A stretch of 64,000 bases of DNA from Flavobacterium sp. (lineage in GTDB: Bacteria; Bacteroidota; Bacteroidia; Flavobacteriales; Flavobacteriaceae). The DNA is taken from contig JANMZS010000175.1 of the NCBI GenBank assembly GCA_031383535.1, positions 2,844-66,843 on the forward strand, written 5' to 3'. Within the stretch, counting starts at the first letter, position 1, and each line of letters starts with the position of its first letter. The translations under genes and the position numbers were made by a program. The notes beneath the pieces were generated by a model. That model made no database searches, was not told where the DNA came from, and saw only the letters and a list, made by a program, of their open reading frames with translations. Shown piece after piece: positions 39,168-49,554 of this stretch.

Positions 39168-41567
39168 ATGGAAAATACTATTTCAAGCGAAAAAATCGAA
39201 CAAGAATTTAATATAAACGCACTTATTAATTGTTACGTATTTCAATGGAAATGGTTTTTATTGAGTGTGTTTATTTGTTTGTCGCTAGCATTTATTTATA
39301 TAAGGTATTATACTGCTCCAAGTTTTCAGGCATCTACAACAATTATGTTGAAAGATGATCAAGGAACACTTAATCCTGAATTAAGTTCTTTATCTGATAT
39401 TGGTTTGTTAGGAAAAATAAATAATAATGTCAGTAGCGAAATTGAAATTCTTAAATCAAGAACTTTATTTGAAAAAACAGTAAAAAGCTTAAATTTAAAC
39501 ATAGCTTTATTAGTAAAGGGTAAAATTCTTGATACAGAATTGTTTGCAAATCCACCAATAATTGTTGATTTCAGTAACGTTACGCAATCATTTTATAATT
39601 CAAGTTTTGAAATTAATTTTTTAGAACTAAGTACTGATACTTTTATTTTAGAAAAAGAATTCAATAGCGGAGGGGTAAATATTCTGTTAAATAACAAAAA
39701 AAGGTTTAGATACGGAGAATTGATTAAAACAAAATACGGCTATTTAACTATTAATAAATCGAAAGAACGTCAAAATTCTTACAGCAAAGAAAAAAGAACC
39801 ATATCGATAGTAGTTTCTCCTTTGGATCAAGTGGTGAGTAGTTTTAGAAATCGAATTAAAATCACACCTTCAATTACTGCAGGGGGATTTGTCAATATTT
39901 CTATAGTAGACCCGAGTATTACAAAAGCTGAAACTTTTTTAGATAATTACATTAAAATTTACAACCAAGATGCTGTAAATCAAAAAAATATAATTATTGA
40001 AAAATCTTCTGATTTTATTTCAAAGCGTCTTAAACTAGTAACACAAGAACTAGATGGTGTCGAGCAAAATGTCGAGAGCTTTAAGAGATCAAATAATGTA
40101 TTGGATGTTGAATCTGAATCAAGTCGTTTAAGTCAAGAGTCTAGCGAGTTTGACAAAAAAATAGATGAGTTAGATATACAATTAGAATTAATTCCTTCTA
40201 TCATTGATTATGTTAAGAAGAGTACCAATGCAGATTTGATGCCCAATAATATTATTTCGGGTCAAAGCGATATTTCAACCCTAATTAATTCGTATAATCA
40301 ATTGATTAACGATAGAAATAGAATTTTAAAATCTGCAACGGTAACGAATCCATCGGTTATTAAGCTTGAACAACAAATCAATTCGGTTAAGCAAAATTTG
40401 ACATCAAGTTTAACAAGATTTCAAACGAGTTTGCAAAATCAAAAATCTAATTTAAAAACAGGCGAAAATAATTTGGATGAAAAAATTATTAAGATTCCTG
40501 TTATGGAACGTCAGTTTAAAGCAATTTCAAGACAACAAAAAGTAAAAGAAGGTCTTTATTTGTATTTGTTACAAAAAAGAGAAGAATCAGCAGTTTACTT
40601 ATCGGCTACTATATCAAATGCAAGAATTATAGACAAGCCTAAGGCACTATTAGTACCTGTTTTGCCAAATAAAGACACCATATATTTAGTAGCTCTTTTA
40701 TTTGGGCTTTTCTTTCCACTTTCTATTTTTTATCTGATTGATTTATTGGATAATAAGATTAAAAGTCGTTTTGATATTCAAGAAAAAACCAAAATACCTT
40801 TTGTTGGAGATTTGCCAAAATCAGATACGCCTAATGAGATTATGAGATCTGACAGTAGATCTAGTTCTGCCGAAGCGCTAAGAATTATAAGTACTAATCT
40901 ACAGTTTATGCTTAGTAATGTGATTGATGGACAAGCTAAAACTATATTTTTAACGTCTACTTTTCCTAAAGAAGGTAAAACATTCGTATCCTTAAACCTT
41001 GCTGCAACATTTGCATTAACGGGTAAAAGAGTTTTACTGATGAGTATGGATATTAGAAATCCTAAATTAGAAGAATATATTTTATTACCAGATGATAGGG
41101 GTGTTACTAATTACTTGTCTTCAAAAGATTTAAAAATTGAGGACTTAATTCTTAAACAAGATGGATTTAAAAATTTTGATATATTGCCTCCAGGAATAAT
41201 TCCACCCAATCCAGCAGAATTGCTTATGGGTGAAAAAGTGGAGAATCTTTTTAAATATTTAAAATCGCAATATGATTATATTATTGTTGATACATCTCCT
41301 GTAAGTTTAGTAACAGATACTTTATTGTTAGCTAAGTATGCAGATTGTTTTGTTTATTTAGTGCGGGCTAATTTCCTCGAAAAAGGGATGTTACATATTC
41401 CAAATACACTTTATAATGAAAAAAAATTACCTAATATGTGTATGCTCCTTAATGATACTAATCCTTCAAAAGCCAGTTATGGGTATTATGGGTATTATGG
41501 CTATGGGTATGGCTATGGAAATATACCTCAAAAAAAATCTTGGTTTAAAAAAGTATTCAAAATATAA
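39168..41567 (+). CDS. wzc: Polysaccharide co-polymerase / BY-kinase
   Basis: Two TMs, coiled-coil periplasmic region, Walker A STFPKEGKT, PPNPAELL, VDTSP, C-terminal tyrosine cluster YGYYGYYGYGYGYG. Confidence 0.93.
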   Translation: MENTISSEKIEQEFNINALINCYVFQWKWFLLSVFICLSLAFIYIRYYTAPSFQASTTIMLKDDQGTLNPELSSLSDIGLLGKINNNVSSEIEILKSRTLFEKTVKSLNLNIALLVKGKILDTELFANPPIIVDFSNVTQSFYNSSFEINFLELSTDTFILEKEFNSGGVNILLNNKKRFRYGELIKTKYGYLTINKSKERQNSYSKEKRTISIVVSPLDQVVSSFRNRIKITPSITAGGFVNISIVDPSITKAETFLDNYIKIYNQDAVNQKNIIIEKSSDFISKRLKLVTQELDGVEQNVESFKRSNNVLDVESESSRLSQESSEFDKKIDELDIQLELIPSIIDYVKKSTNADLMPNNIISGQSDISTLINSYNQLINDRNRILKSATVTNPSVIKLEQQINSVKQNLTSSLTRFQTSLQNQKSNLKTGENNLDEKIIKIPVMERQFKAISRQQKVKEGLYLYLLQKREESAVYLSATISNARIIDKPKALLVPVLPNKDTIYLVALLFGLFFPLSIFYLIDLLDNKIKSRFDIQEKTKIPFVGDLPKSDTPNEIMRSDSRSSSAEALRIISTNLQFMLSNVIDGQAKTIFLTSTFPKEGKTFVSLNLAATFALTGKRVLLMSMDIRNPKLEEYILLPDDRGVTNYLSSKDLKIEDLILKQDGFKNFDILPPGIIPPNPAELLMGEKVENLFKYLKSQYDYIIVDTSPVSLVTDTLLLAKYADCFVYLVRANFLEKGMLHIPNTLYNEKKLPNMCMLLNDTNPSKASYGYYGYYGYGYGYGNIPQKKSWFKKVFKI

Positions 41568-41569
41568 TT

Positions 41570-41610
41570 TAACATAACAGCCAGCTATTTTTTTTCTGGC
41601 TGTTATGTTA
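41570..41610. terminator. Bidirectional hairpin terminator
   Basis: Perfect 15-bp stem taacataacagccag / ctggctgttatgtta between the convergent stops of wzc and the phosphatase. Confidence 0.8.
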
Positions 41611-42348
41611 TTATTTTGCAAAAAAACTGTTATTAGAAATTACTTCTTTTAGAGCAACTAGATCTTTTAATTTTACTTTTTCGTTAAATGTTGAAAGATG
41701 ATTGTAGTGATGTATATCTGAACCTACAAAATCATATAACCCTTTTTTCAAAAGTTTTTCAGCAATTTTTGTAATCCCTACCCCATAATAATCAACTACC
41801 GACAGCAAGTTTAATTGAAAAAGACATCCTGCTTTTTTCAATTTAGCATATTCATTGAAATTGTAATGATAAAAAACATAGCGTTCAGGATGTGCTAAAA
41901 CAGGAATATAACCTGCTATGCGCAAGTCAAAAATAATAGAATACAATTGAATAGGCGGATTGGTATATGAGATTTCAACTAATACATAATTGCCTTTTAA
42001 AGTAAGCAACTCACCAGATTGAAAAAGACGAATAAACTGTTCGTCCATAAGGTATTCAGCAGCAGCTTTAAAAGGAACTGAAATATTATTTTTTTTTAAC
42101 TCCTCGATTGTGTTTTTTTCAAGTATCTGTATTTGGTCTTTTGTATTGTTCCATACATTTTCAATAATATGTGGAGTAGTTATAAATTGAGAAAATCCAA
42201 TTTTCAACATACCTTGACATAACAATAAAGTTTCGGCAAATGACGTAGACCCATCATCAATTCCTGGCAAAAGATGCGAATGTATATCTACATAATTATC
42301 CGGAATTAAATCTTTGAGTACAGGTTTTGATTTAAAAAATGATATCAT
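41611..42348 (-). CDS. PHP-family tyrosine phosphatase (CpsB/CapC type)
   Basis: DIHSHLLPGIDDGS, TPH, AAEY, LAHPERY, FVGSDIH. Confidence 0.92.
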   Translation of the reverse strand: MISFFKSKPVLKDLIPDNYVDIHSHLLPGIDDGSTSFAETLLLCQGMLKIGFSQFITTPHIIENVWNNTKDQIQILEKNTIEELKKNNISVPFKAAAEYLMDEQFIRLFQSGELLTLKGNYVLVEISYTNPPIQLYSIIFDLRIAGYIPVLAHPERYVFYHYNFNEYAKLKKAGCLFQLNLLSVVDYYGVGITKIAEKLLKKGLYDFVGSDIHHYNHLSTFNEKVKLKDLVALKEVISNNSFFAK

Positions 42349-42352
42349 AAAG

Positions 42353-42360
42353 CAAAGGTA
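42353..42360 (-). promoter_or_regulatory. Putative -7 promoter box for the phosphatase
   Basis: Reverse complement TACCTTTG just upstream of the start. Confidence 0.4.
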
Positions 42361-42543
42361 AACAATTTCATACTTTATTGAAAGGTGGTTTATTTAATAG
42401 AAGTGAATTTTTTTCAAGACTGTTTTTAAATAAAAAATAGTAATTGATATAAAAGATGAATTTTCAAATTTTCAATGATTTACTTCCATTTTCAAAGGGG
42501 TTCTATTCAAATTTTTTTGATCTATTTCTTATTTTTAAATTAT

Positions 42544-42551
42544 TATATTTG
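42544..42551 (+). promoter_or_regulatory. Putative -7 promoter box for wzm
   Basis: TATATTTG 60 bp upstream of the ATG. Confidence 0.5.
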
Positions 42552-42611
42552 CCAATAAAGGATTGATTTCAACCCCTTTTTATATTAATCAAATAGATTT
42601 TTGAATTAAAA

Positions 42612-43472
42612 ATGAATACTACCGAAAATGACTGGTTGTTTGAAATAACGCCAAAAAATAAATTCTTCACACTCAACTTAAAAGAAGTTTGGCAATACAG
42701 AGATTTGTTATTCCTTTTTGTAAAAAGAGATGTTGTAACGGTTTATAAACAAACTATTTTAGGCCCATTGTGGTACTTAATACAACCCTTGTTTACGGCT
42801 TTTACTTTTACAATTATTTTTAATAATGTTGCAGGAATAAAAACAGGTGTCGTTCCTTCTTTTTTGTTTAATTTAGCAGGAATAACGGTTTGGAATTATT
42901 TTACGGCTTGTCTTACAGGTACTTCAAATACCTTTGGAAGTAATGCAGGAATCTTTGGAAAAGTATATTTTCCCAGGTTAATAGTGCCAATATCAATTGT
43001 GATTTCTAATTTATTAAAATTTGGAATTCAATTTTTTATTTTTATTGTATTTTATGTTTATTATTTTCTTCATGGAGCTACCATTAGTCTCAATTTTACT
43101 ACACTTTTTTTTCCTTTAATTGTTGTTTTAATGGGAGTACTCGGACTCGGATTAGGAATGATTATTTCTTCTTTAGTTACTAAATACAGAGATTTTAGTT
43201 ATCTCATCGGTTTTGGGGTACAGTTGTTAATGTATTTATCTGCTGTGATGTATCCTATGGCACTATTACAAACTAAAATGCCTCAATATGCTTGGTTGGT
43301 TCAATACAATCCATTGGCATATATTATTGAATTAACGCGGTATATGCTATTGGGAATAGGCCATTTTTCAGTTTTAGGGCTTTTATATACAATTGTAATA
43401 ACAATAGCTGTTTTTTTATCAGGTTTGTTAATCTTTAATAAAACAGAGAAAAATTTTATCGATACCGTTTAG
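42612..43472 (+). CDS. wzm: ABC-2 polysaccharide exporter permease
   Basis: RDLLFLFVKRD, YKQTILG, KVYFPR, YRD, NPL. Confidence 0.93.
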   Translation: MNTTENDWLFEITPKNKFFTLNLKEVWQYRDLLFLFVKRDVVTVYKQTILGPLWYLIQPLFTAFTFTIIFNNVAGIKTGVVPSFLFNLAGITVWNYFTACLTGTSNTFGSNAGIFGKVYFPRLIVPISIVISNLLKFGIQFFIFIVFYVYYFLHGATISLNFTTLFFPLIVVLMGVLGLGLGMIISSLVTKYRDFSYLIGFGVQLLMYLSAVMYPMALLQTKMPQYAWLVQYNPLAYIIELTRYMLLGIGHFSVLGLLYTIVITIAVFLSGLLIFNKTEKNFIDTV

Positions 43473-43541
43473 AGGATAATAAATAGTCTATTTGTTAGGT
43501 TGTCTTCACATAATTTATTCAAAAAAATAGCAATTAAGTAA

Positions 43542-44633
43542 ATGAAAGTAGCATTAATTACAGGGGTAACAGGACAAGATGGTGCTTATTTAGCTGAACT
43601 TTTATTGTCAAAAAAATATAAAGTTCACGGTATAAAACGAAGAAGTTCTTTGTTTAACACTCAAAGGGTAGATCACCTATATGAAGATCCTCATATTGAC
43701 AATCAGAATTTTATTTTGCATTATGGAGATTTGACCGATGCAACTAATTTAATTCGAATAATACAAGAAACTCAGCCTGACGAAATATATAATTTAGGCG
43801 CCATGAGCCATGTCAAAGTGAGTTTTGATATTCCTGAATATACCGCTGATACTGACGGAATAGGGACACTTCGAATTTTGGATGCCGTTCGTTTATTAGG
43901 ATTAACCAAAAAAACACGAATTTATCAAGCTTCAACATCCGAATTATATGGACTAGTTCAAGAAGTGCCACAATCTGAAACAACCCCTTTTTATCCCCGT
44001 TCGCCTTATGCTGTAGCTAAAATGTATGCTTTTTGGATCACGGTAAACTATCGCGAAGCTTATGGTATGTATGCCTGTAATGGTATTTTATTTAATCATG
44101 AAAGCCCTTTAAGAGGAGAGACTTTTGTAACCCGAAAAATTACTCGTGGAATTGCTCAAATGGCAATGGGTTTACAAGATACGCTGTATATGGGAAATAT
44201 TGATTCGCAACGGGATTGGGGTCATGCTAGAGATTATGTTGAGGCTATGTGGTTGATGTTGCAACAAGACCAAGCCGAAGATTTTGTAATATCCACCGGC
44301 GTAACAACTTCTGTTCGTGAATTTATAAAAATGGCATTTAATGAAGTTGGTGTCGAACTAGAATTCAAAGGAGAAGGAGTAAATGAAATCGGAATAGTAA
44401 AGACAACAGTCAATGATGATTATGAATTTCAAATAGGACAAGTGGTGATTCAAATTGACTCTAATTACTTTCGTCCCACCGAAGTCGATTTACTTATAGG
44501 AGATAATACCAAAGCCAAAACAAAATTAGGTTGGAAACCTAGATACACACTCCCAATGCTTATAAAAGAGATGATGCAGGCAGATGTTGAATTGTTTAAA
44601 AAAGAAAAATACCTTCAAAATTATAATAAATAG
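43542..44633 (+). CDS. gmd: GDP-mannose 4,6-dehydratase
   Basis: [52 protein letters not shown]. Confidence 0.97.
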   Translation: MKVALITGVTGQDGAYLAELLLSKKYKVHGIKRRSSLFNTQRVDHLYEDPHIDNQNFILHYGDLTDATNLIRIIQETQPDEIYNLGAMSHVKVSFDIPEYTADTDGIGTLRILDAVRLLGLTKKTRIYQASTSELYGLVQEVPQSETTPFYPRSPYAVAKMYAFWITVNYREAYGMYACNGILFNHESPLRGETFVTRKITRGIAQMAMGLQDTLYMGNIDSQRDWGHARDYVEAMWLMLQQDQAEDFVISTGVTTSVREFIKMAFNEVGVELEFKGEGVNEIGIVKTTVNDDYEFQIGQVVIQIDSNYFRPTEVDLLIGDNTKAKTKLGWKPRYTLPMLIKEMMQADVELFKKEKYLQNYNK

Positions 44634-44638
44634 TTGCC

Positions 44639-45568
44639 ATGGTTTTAGATTCCAAAATATATGTGGCGGGTCATCGAGGAATGGTGGGAAGTGCTATTGT
44701 GAAAAACCTGAAACAAAAAGGGTTTACTACTATTATTACAAGAACCTCCTCGGAATTGAATTTGATTAATCAACAAGATGTGGCTGATTTTTTTGCTACC
44801 GAAAAACCAGAATATGTTTTTTTGGCTGCCGCCAAAGTAGGCGGAATAGTAGCTAATGCAACCTATAAAGCTGATTTTATTTATGAGAACATCCTCATTC
44901 AATCTAATGTGATTCATGAAAGTTACAAGAATAATGTGAGTAAATTACTTTTTTTAGGTTCAACTTGTATTTATCCAAAAATGGCACCACAGCCTATGAA
45001 AGAAGACTATCTTTTAACAGGTTTGTTAGAAGAATCTAACGATGCCTATGCTATAGCAAAAATAGCAGGAATCAAAATGTGTGATGCCTATCGGGCGCAA
45101 TATGATTGTAATTTTATATCCGTAATGCCCACTAACTTATATGGGTTGAATGATAATTATGATTTGCAAAATTCTCATGTATTACCTGCTTTATTGCGAA
45201 AATTTCACGAGGCTAAAACAAATAATCATTCAGAAGTAACCGTATGGGGCAGCGGATTACCATTAAGAGAATTTTTGCATGCTACAGATATGGCAGACGC
45301 CTGTGTGTATTTGATGCAAAATTATAATGAAAAAGGTTTTGTAAATATTGGCACTGGCGAAGAAATTTCTATCAATGATCTGGCTATTTTAATAAATGAT
45401 ATAGTTGGTTTTCAAGGAAAAATTATTTTTGATACCACAAAACCCGACGGAACACCTAGAAAATTAACTGATACAACTAAATTACATGCTTTGGGCTGGA
45501 AACATTCAATACATTTGAGAGAGGGAATACAACAAGTGTATGTTGAAAAGTTTAGTGTTAAAAAATGA
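44639..45568 (+). CDS. fcl: GDP-L-fucose synthase
   Basis: [50 protein letters not shown]. Confidence 0.96.
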   Translation: MVLDSKIYVAGHRGMVGSAIVKNLKQKGFTTIITRTSSELNLINQQDVADFFATEKPEYVFLAAAKVGGIVANATYKADFIYENILIQSNVIHESYKNNVSKLLFLGSTCIYPKMAPQPMKEDYLLTGLLEESNDAYAIAKIAGIKMCDAYRAQYDCNFISVMPTNLYGLNDNYDLQNSHVLPALLRKFHEAKTNNHSEVTVWGSGLPLREFLHATDMADACVYLMQNYNEKGFVNIGTGEEISINDLAILINDIVGFQGKIIFDTTKPDGTPRKLTDTTKLHALGWKHSIHLREGIQQVYVEKFSVKK

Positions 45569-45572
45569 AATT

Positions 45573-46457
45573 ATGAAAAAGCTAATACATTCGTTATTAA
45601 AAAGCTTAGGTTTTAAAATAGTAAATACAGGAATAAAGGAAAAACAGTATCAAAATTTTGTAAAAAGTTTTGCGCTAGAAAATGACCCTAATAATTTGGT
45701 TTATAAATCTGCTGCTGATTTGATTGTAATTAAAAAATATTTCCCAGACTTAGCTTTAGAGAATCATAAAGAAGGAGTTTTAGTTAGGTTTAATGATTTG
45801 AAATTATACATCGAAACTTCCGAAGAGTTTTTTATACTCAAAGAAGTTTTTGTCGAAAAAGACTATAATCTTTTGTCCAATGAAGACTTGGTCGTTTTTG
45901 ATATCGGAATGAATATCGGCATTAGTTCTTTATTTTTTGGATTAAAAAAAAATGTAGAAAAAATATATTCTTTTGAACCTGTTGTAAACACATATCAACA
46001 AGCAATATACAATGTAGCATTGAATAAAGAGTTGTCAACCAAAATTGAAGCTTTTAATATTGGTTTAGGAGCGACTACCCGAGTGGAGAAAGTGCTTTAC
46101 AACCCTCAAGCCAAAGGCAATTGTGGTATTCGATTGGAGTCAAGTCTTGTAATCGATAAAAATAATTCAAAAGAAATAGAAATTAAGATTAAGGATATAA
46201 ACGACATACTTCCTGATTTGTTTGTAAAGCACAAAGGACTGAAAAAGGTTTTGAAAATAGATTGTGAAGGTGCCGAATATGAAATACTTAAAAGATTGAA
46301 TGATAGTGCTATCTTGACCGAAATAGATGTATTGCTCATCGAGTGGCATGATAAAGGTGCCGAGAGTCTTGAAAATGTATTGATTGAAAATAATTTCAGA
46401 GTGGTTTCAAGGTATTTGACTTCCATCTCTGGGATGATTTATGCTTTTAAACACTAA
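45573..46457 (+). CDS. FkbM-family methyltransferase
   Basis: DIGMNIG, SFEP, LKIDCEGAEYEI; start at ATG 45573. Confidence 0.88.
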   Translation: MKKLIHSLLKSLGFKIVNTGIKEKQYQNFVKSFALENDPNNLVYKSAADLIVIKKYFPDLALENHKEGVLVRFNDLKLYIETSEEFFILKEVFVEKDYNLLSNEDLVVFDIGMNIGISSLFFGLKKNVEKIYSFEPVVNTYQQAIYNVALNKELSTKIEAFNIGLGATTRVEKVLYNPQAKGNCGIRLESSLVIDKNNSKEIEIKIKDINDILPDLFVKHKGLKKVLKIDCEGAEYEILKRLNDSAILTEIDVLLIEWHDKGAESLENVLIENNFRVVSRYLTSISGMIYAFKH

Positions 46458-46474
46458 TTAGTAGTTCAAATAGT

Positions 46475-46550
46475 ATGACAAATCCTAAAGTATCCATTGT
46501 TATCCCCCTGTTACAAACTTGCTAAATACTTAGATGAAGTATTACAGTAA
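46475..46550 (+). pseudogene. GT2 5' stub 1
   Basis: Reads MTNPKVSIVIP, then after a +1 frameshift in a C5 run CYKLAKYLDEVLQ*. Homologous to the start of the GT2 at 50403. Confidence 0.85.
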
Positions 46551-46578
46551 ATTGTAGGCGAAAATAAATTAACAAAAA

Positions 46579-46631
46579 AACATCAACACATTGATGTTAA
46601 TTTATTAAAAAAACATCAATACGTTGACGTT
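46579..46631. promoter_or_regulatory. Two tandem 20-bp palindromic operator-like sites
   Basis: aacatcaa-caca-ttgatgtt (46579-46598) and aacatcaa-tacg-ttgacgtt (46612-46631), 33 bp apart, just upstream of TATATTTG at 46638-46645. Confidence 0.7.
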
Positions 46632-46660
46632 TTTAGTTATATTTGTAAAAAAATAGAGAC

Positions 46661-47851
46661 GTGCAAAAATTAGTCGCCCAATTTTATGAAAAATACGCTC
46701 TGGTACAAACCCAGCAAGTGCGAGATTTTATCCATACTATAGATTGGAATAACCGATTTATTGGAATAAAAGGAAGTCGTGGCGTAGGCAAAACTACGCT
46801 ATTGTTGCAGTACATTCGTTTGAATTTTGAGCCTAATAAAAGTGTTTTGTATGTTAGTTTGGATCATTTGTATTTTCTCGAAAACACGCTTTATGATTTA
46901 GTAAACGATTTTTATAAAAAAGGAGGGTTGTTTATTGCCATCGATGAGGTTCATAAATATCCTAATTGGGCTATCGAAATTAAAAATATTTATGACGATA
47001 TGCCTCATCTGAGGTTGGTTTTTACCAGTTCGTCCTTACTGCATATCCAACAAGCAAAAGCTGATTTGAGTAGGCGTGTAGTGATGTATACTATGCCAGG
47101 CTTGTCTTTTAGAGAATTTATTCAGTTTGAAACCCAAATCAAATTAGATAGTTATTCGCTCAAAGATATTATCGACAATCACATCGCTATCAGCATGGCT
47201 ATTACACAAAAAATAAAACCTTTGCAGTATTTTGAGGATTACTTGGATTATGGCTATTATCCCTTTTACATCGAAAACAAAAAATCATTTCATCAAAAAT
47301 TGAGCGAAGTGATTCTCACGGTTTTAGAAGTTGATATTCCACAATATGCTTCCATTCCAGTTTCGAATAGTGTTTTGTTAAAAAAATTATTGGCGGTAAT
47401 TAGTAATTCAGTTCCTTTTAAGCCTAATATGAACGCTATTAGTGAGCGAACCGGGATAAGTCTCAACACCATGAAAAATTATTTAAAATTGTTGAATGAC
47501 GCTCAGCTTCTGCAACTTTTGTTTGTAGAAGACAAAGGGATTAATAGTTTAGGAAAACCAGAAAAAATTTATTTAAACAACTCTAATTTGATGTATAACT
47601 TGGGTAACGATGCAAATAAGGGGAACATAAGAGAAACCTTTTTTTTGAACCAAGTACGGTACAAGTATGCAGTTTTTGCCTCTAAAACAGTAGATTTTAA
47701 AGTCGATGGAATGCATGAATTTGAATTAGGAGGCAGAAACAAAAAACAGGAACAAATTGCAGCATTGCAAAATGCTTTTATAGTAAAAGACGATGTTGAA
47801 ATAGGATCCGATGTAACGATTCCTTTATGGTTGTTTGGGTTTTTATATTAA
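46661..47851 (+). CDS. AAA+ ATPase, COG1373/AAA_14-DUF4143 type (GTG start)
   Basis: Walker A GSRGVGKT, Walker B IDEVHK, GYYP, C-terminal DF..FELGG. Confidence 0.85.
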   Translation: MQKLVAQFYEKYALVQTQQVRDFIHTIDWNNRFIGIKGSRGVGKTTLLLQYIRLNFEPNKSVLYVSLDHLYFLENTLYDLVNDFYKKGGLFIAIDEVHKYPNWAIEIKNIYDDMPHLRLVFTSSSLLHIQQAKADLSRRVVMYTMPGLSFREFIQFETQIKLDSYSLKDIIDNHIAISMAITQKIKPLQYFEDYLDYGYYPFYIENKKSFHQKLSEVILTVLEVDIPQYASIPVSNSVLLKKLLAVISNSVPFKPNMNAISERTGISLNTMKNYLKLLNDAQLLQLLFVEDKGINSLGKPEKIYLNNSNLMYNLGNDANKGNIRETFFLNQVRYKYAVFASKTVDFKVDGMHEFELGGRNKKQEQIAALQNAFIVKDDVEIGSDVTIPLWLFGFLY

Positions 47852-47896
47852 ATAAACAAAAAAATGAGCATAATAAAAATTAGAGATTAATATAAA

Positions 47897-47929
47897 ATGA
47901 CAAATCCTTCAGTCTCTATCATCGTTCCA
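47897..47929 (+). pseudogene. GT2 5' stub 2
   Basis: atgacaaatccttcagtctctatcatcgttcca = MTNPSVSIIVP, homologous to stub 1 and to 50403; similarity stops abruptly. Confidence 0.75.
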
Positions 47930-48067
47930 TTTGTGAGGACATATTAAATACTATCTAAAAGGAATATTTGTAAAACTATCAATGTGTTACTATTTCAAAT
48001 AGTTTTAAATATGTTTAAAAAATATTGTTTATTAATGTTAAATTTAAAGTATGTTTAAAATTTTTTA

Positions 48068-48075
48068 TATATTTG
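48068..48075 (+). promoter_or_regulatory. Putative -7 box for the second ATPase
   Basis: TATATTTG followed by TAAAA, the same context as the first ATPase promoter; tatgtttaaaa occurs twice upstream (48010, 48050). Confidence 0.55.
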
Positions 48076-48102
48076 TAAAAATTTTAAATGTAAATTAAAC
48101 TA

Positions 48103-49320
48103 ATGTCTTTTAAAATACCTAATCCTATTGTAAAAAGAGAAGACTACCTCAAGCGGGTTATTCCTTTTATAGGTAAGAACTTGATTAAGGTTTTTACGGG
48201 GCAACGCCGTGTAGGCAAAAGTTATTTATTATTTCAAATTATGGATTATTTGTTGGAGCAAGAGCGTCAAACTGCTATTGTTTATATCAATAAAGAGGAT
48301 ATTGCTTTCTCGGCAATTCAAACAGCACAAGATTTGCACGATTATGTTCTACAACAAAAGTCAAACACTACCAAAACCTACGTTTTTATAGATGAAATTC
48401 AAGACATAGAAAATTTTGAAACAGCACTGCGTTCTTTGTTACTTCATGAGGATATAGATTTGTATTGCACGGGGAGCAATGCCAAATTGTTGTCGGGTGA
48501 TATTGCGGGTTATTTGAGTGGGCGAGCCATCGAAATTGTGATTTATAGTTTGTCTTATCCCGAGTTTTTAGTTTTTCATTCCTTAGAAGATAGTGTCCAA
48601 ACGCTGGAGCTCTATCTCCAATACGGAGGACTTCCTTATTTGAAAAATCTTGTATTAGAAGAAGTTGTTGTCTATGAATATCTAAAAAATATTTACAATA
48701 CCATTGTGTATCGAGACATTATCAATCGGTTTTCAATTCGCAATGTTTCGTTTTTAGAACAACTGGTTTTATTTTTGGCCAGCAACATTGGCAGTCTTTT
48801 TTCGGCCAAAAAAATTAGTGATTTTTTAAAGTCACAACGTATCAATATCGCTTCAAATCAGGTGCAAACGTACAGCGACCATTTGGTCAATGCTTTTTTG
48901 ATACACCGAGTTAGCAGATACGATTTGGTGGGAAAACGTATTTTTGAAACAGGAGAAAAATATTATTTTGAGAATCTAGGCATTCGAAATGCATTGTGGG
49001 GTTATCGTCTAGAAGATCGGGGGAAAATTATGGAGAATGTGGTGTATAATCATTTGCTTTTTAGAGGCTATCAAGTACATGTGGGTAATTTAGGGTCTCT
49101 AGAAATTGATTTTGTTGCCCAGCGTGCTGGCGAAAAGGTATATGTGCAAGTAGCATTGTCTATCAATGAGGCAAAAACAATGGAACGAGAATTTGGAAAT
49201 TTAAAGAAGATTAAAGATAATTTTCCGAAAATGGTTATCACTCTTGATGCCTTTCAAGGCAATACCAATGAGGGAATATTAGCAATAGATTTAAGAAGTT
49301 TTCTTTTATCTAAAATATAG
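48103..49320 (+). CDS. AAA+ ATPase, COG1373/AAA_14-DUF4143 type
   Basis: Walker A GQRRVGKS, Walker B IDEIQ, TGSNA, GGLP, KYYFENLG, EIDFVA...YVQV (PD-(D/E)xK-like). Confidence 0.9.
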   Translation: MSFKIPNPIVKREDYLKRVIPFIGKNLIKVFTGQRRVGKSYLLFQIMDYLLEQERQTAIVYINKEDIAFSAIQTAQDLHDYVLQQKSNTTKTYVFIDEIQDIENFETALRSLLLHEDIDLYCTGSNAKLLSGDIAGYLSGRAIEIVIYSLSYPEFLVFHSLEDSVQTLELYLQYGGLPYLKNLVLEEVVVYEYLKNIYNTIVYRDIINRFSIRNVSFLEQLVLFLASNIGSLFSAKKISDFLKSQRINIASNQVQTYSDHLVNAFLIHRVSRYDLVGKRIFETGEKYYFENLGIRNALWGYRLEDRGKIMENVVYNHLLFRGYQVHVGNLGSLEIDFVAQRAGEKVYVQVALSINEAKTMEREFGNLKKIKDNFPKMVITLDAFQGNTNEGILAIDLRSFLLSKI

Positions 49321-49348
49321 AAAAAGTAGCACAATAATAGTTTTAAAC

Positions 49349-49471
49349 ATGAATAATACGCCAGTCTCCATTATCGTTCCCTGCTACAACCTCGCTCAAT
49401 ACTTGGACGAAGCTTTGTAGTCTATTTATAACCAAGCCTACACCGATTGGGAATGTATTATTGTGGATGAT
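49349..49471 (+). pseudogene. GT2 5' stub 3
   Basis: MNNTPVSIIVPCYNLAQYLDEAL*SIYNQAYTDWECIIVDD. 41 codons colinear with 50403-50525; TAG replaces CAG. Confidence 0.9.
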
Positions 49472-49554
49472 GTAAATTATAAATCAAGTAGCTCAAAGTA
49501 TTTATATCAAAAATAGAGCTGAAAATGACGGCAATAAATTAAAAACCATACTAA

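Noticed and set aside
41478-41519. Short tatggg/tatggc tandem repeats
   Set aside because: They encode the normal C-terminal tyrosine cluster of Wzc BY-kinases, so they are not an independent repeat element.
42349-42611. Divergent intergenic region as an ncRNA
   Set aside because: It is AT-rich, explained by two divergent -7 promoter boxes, and shows no convincing stable structure.
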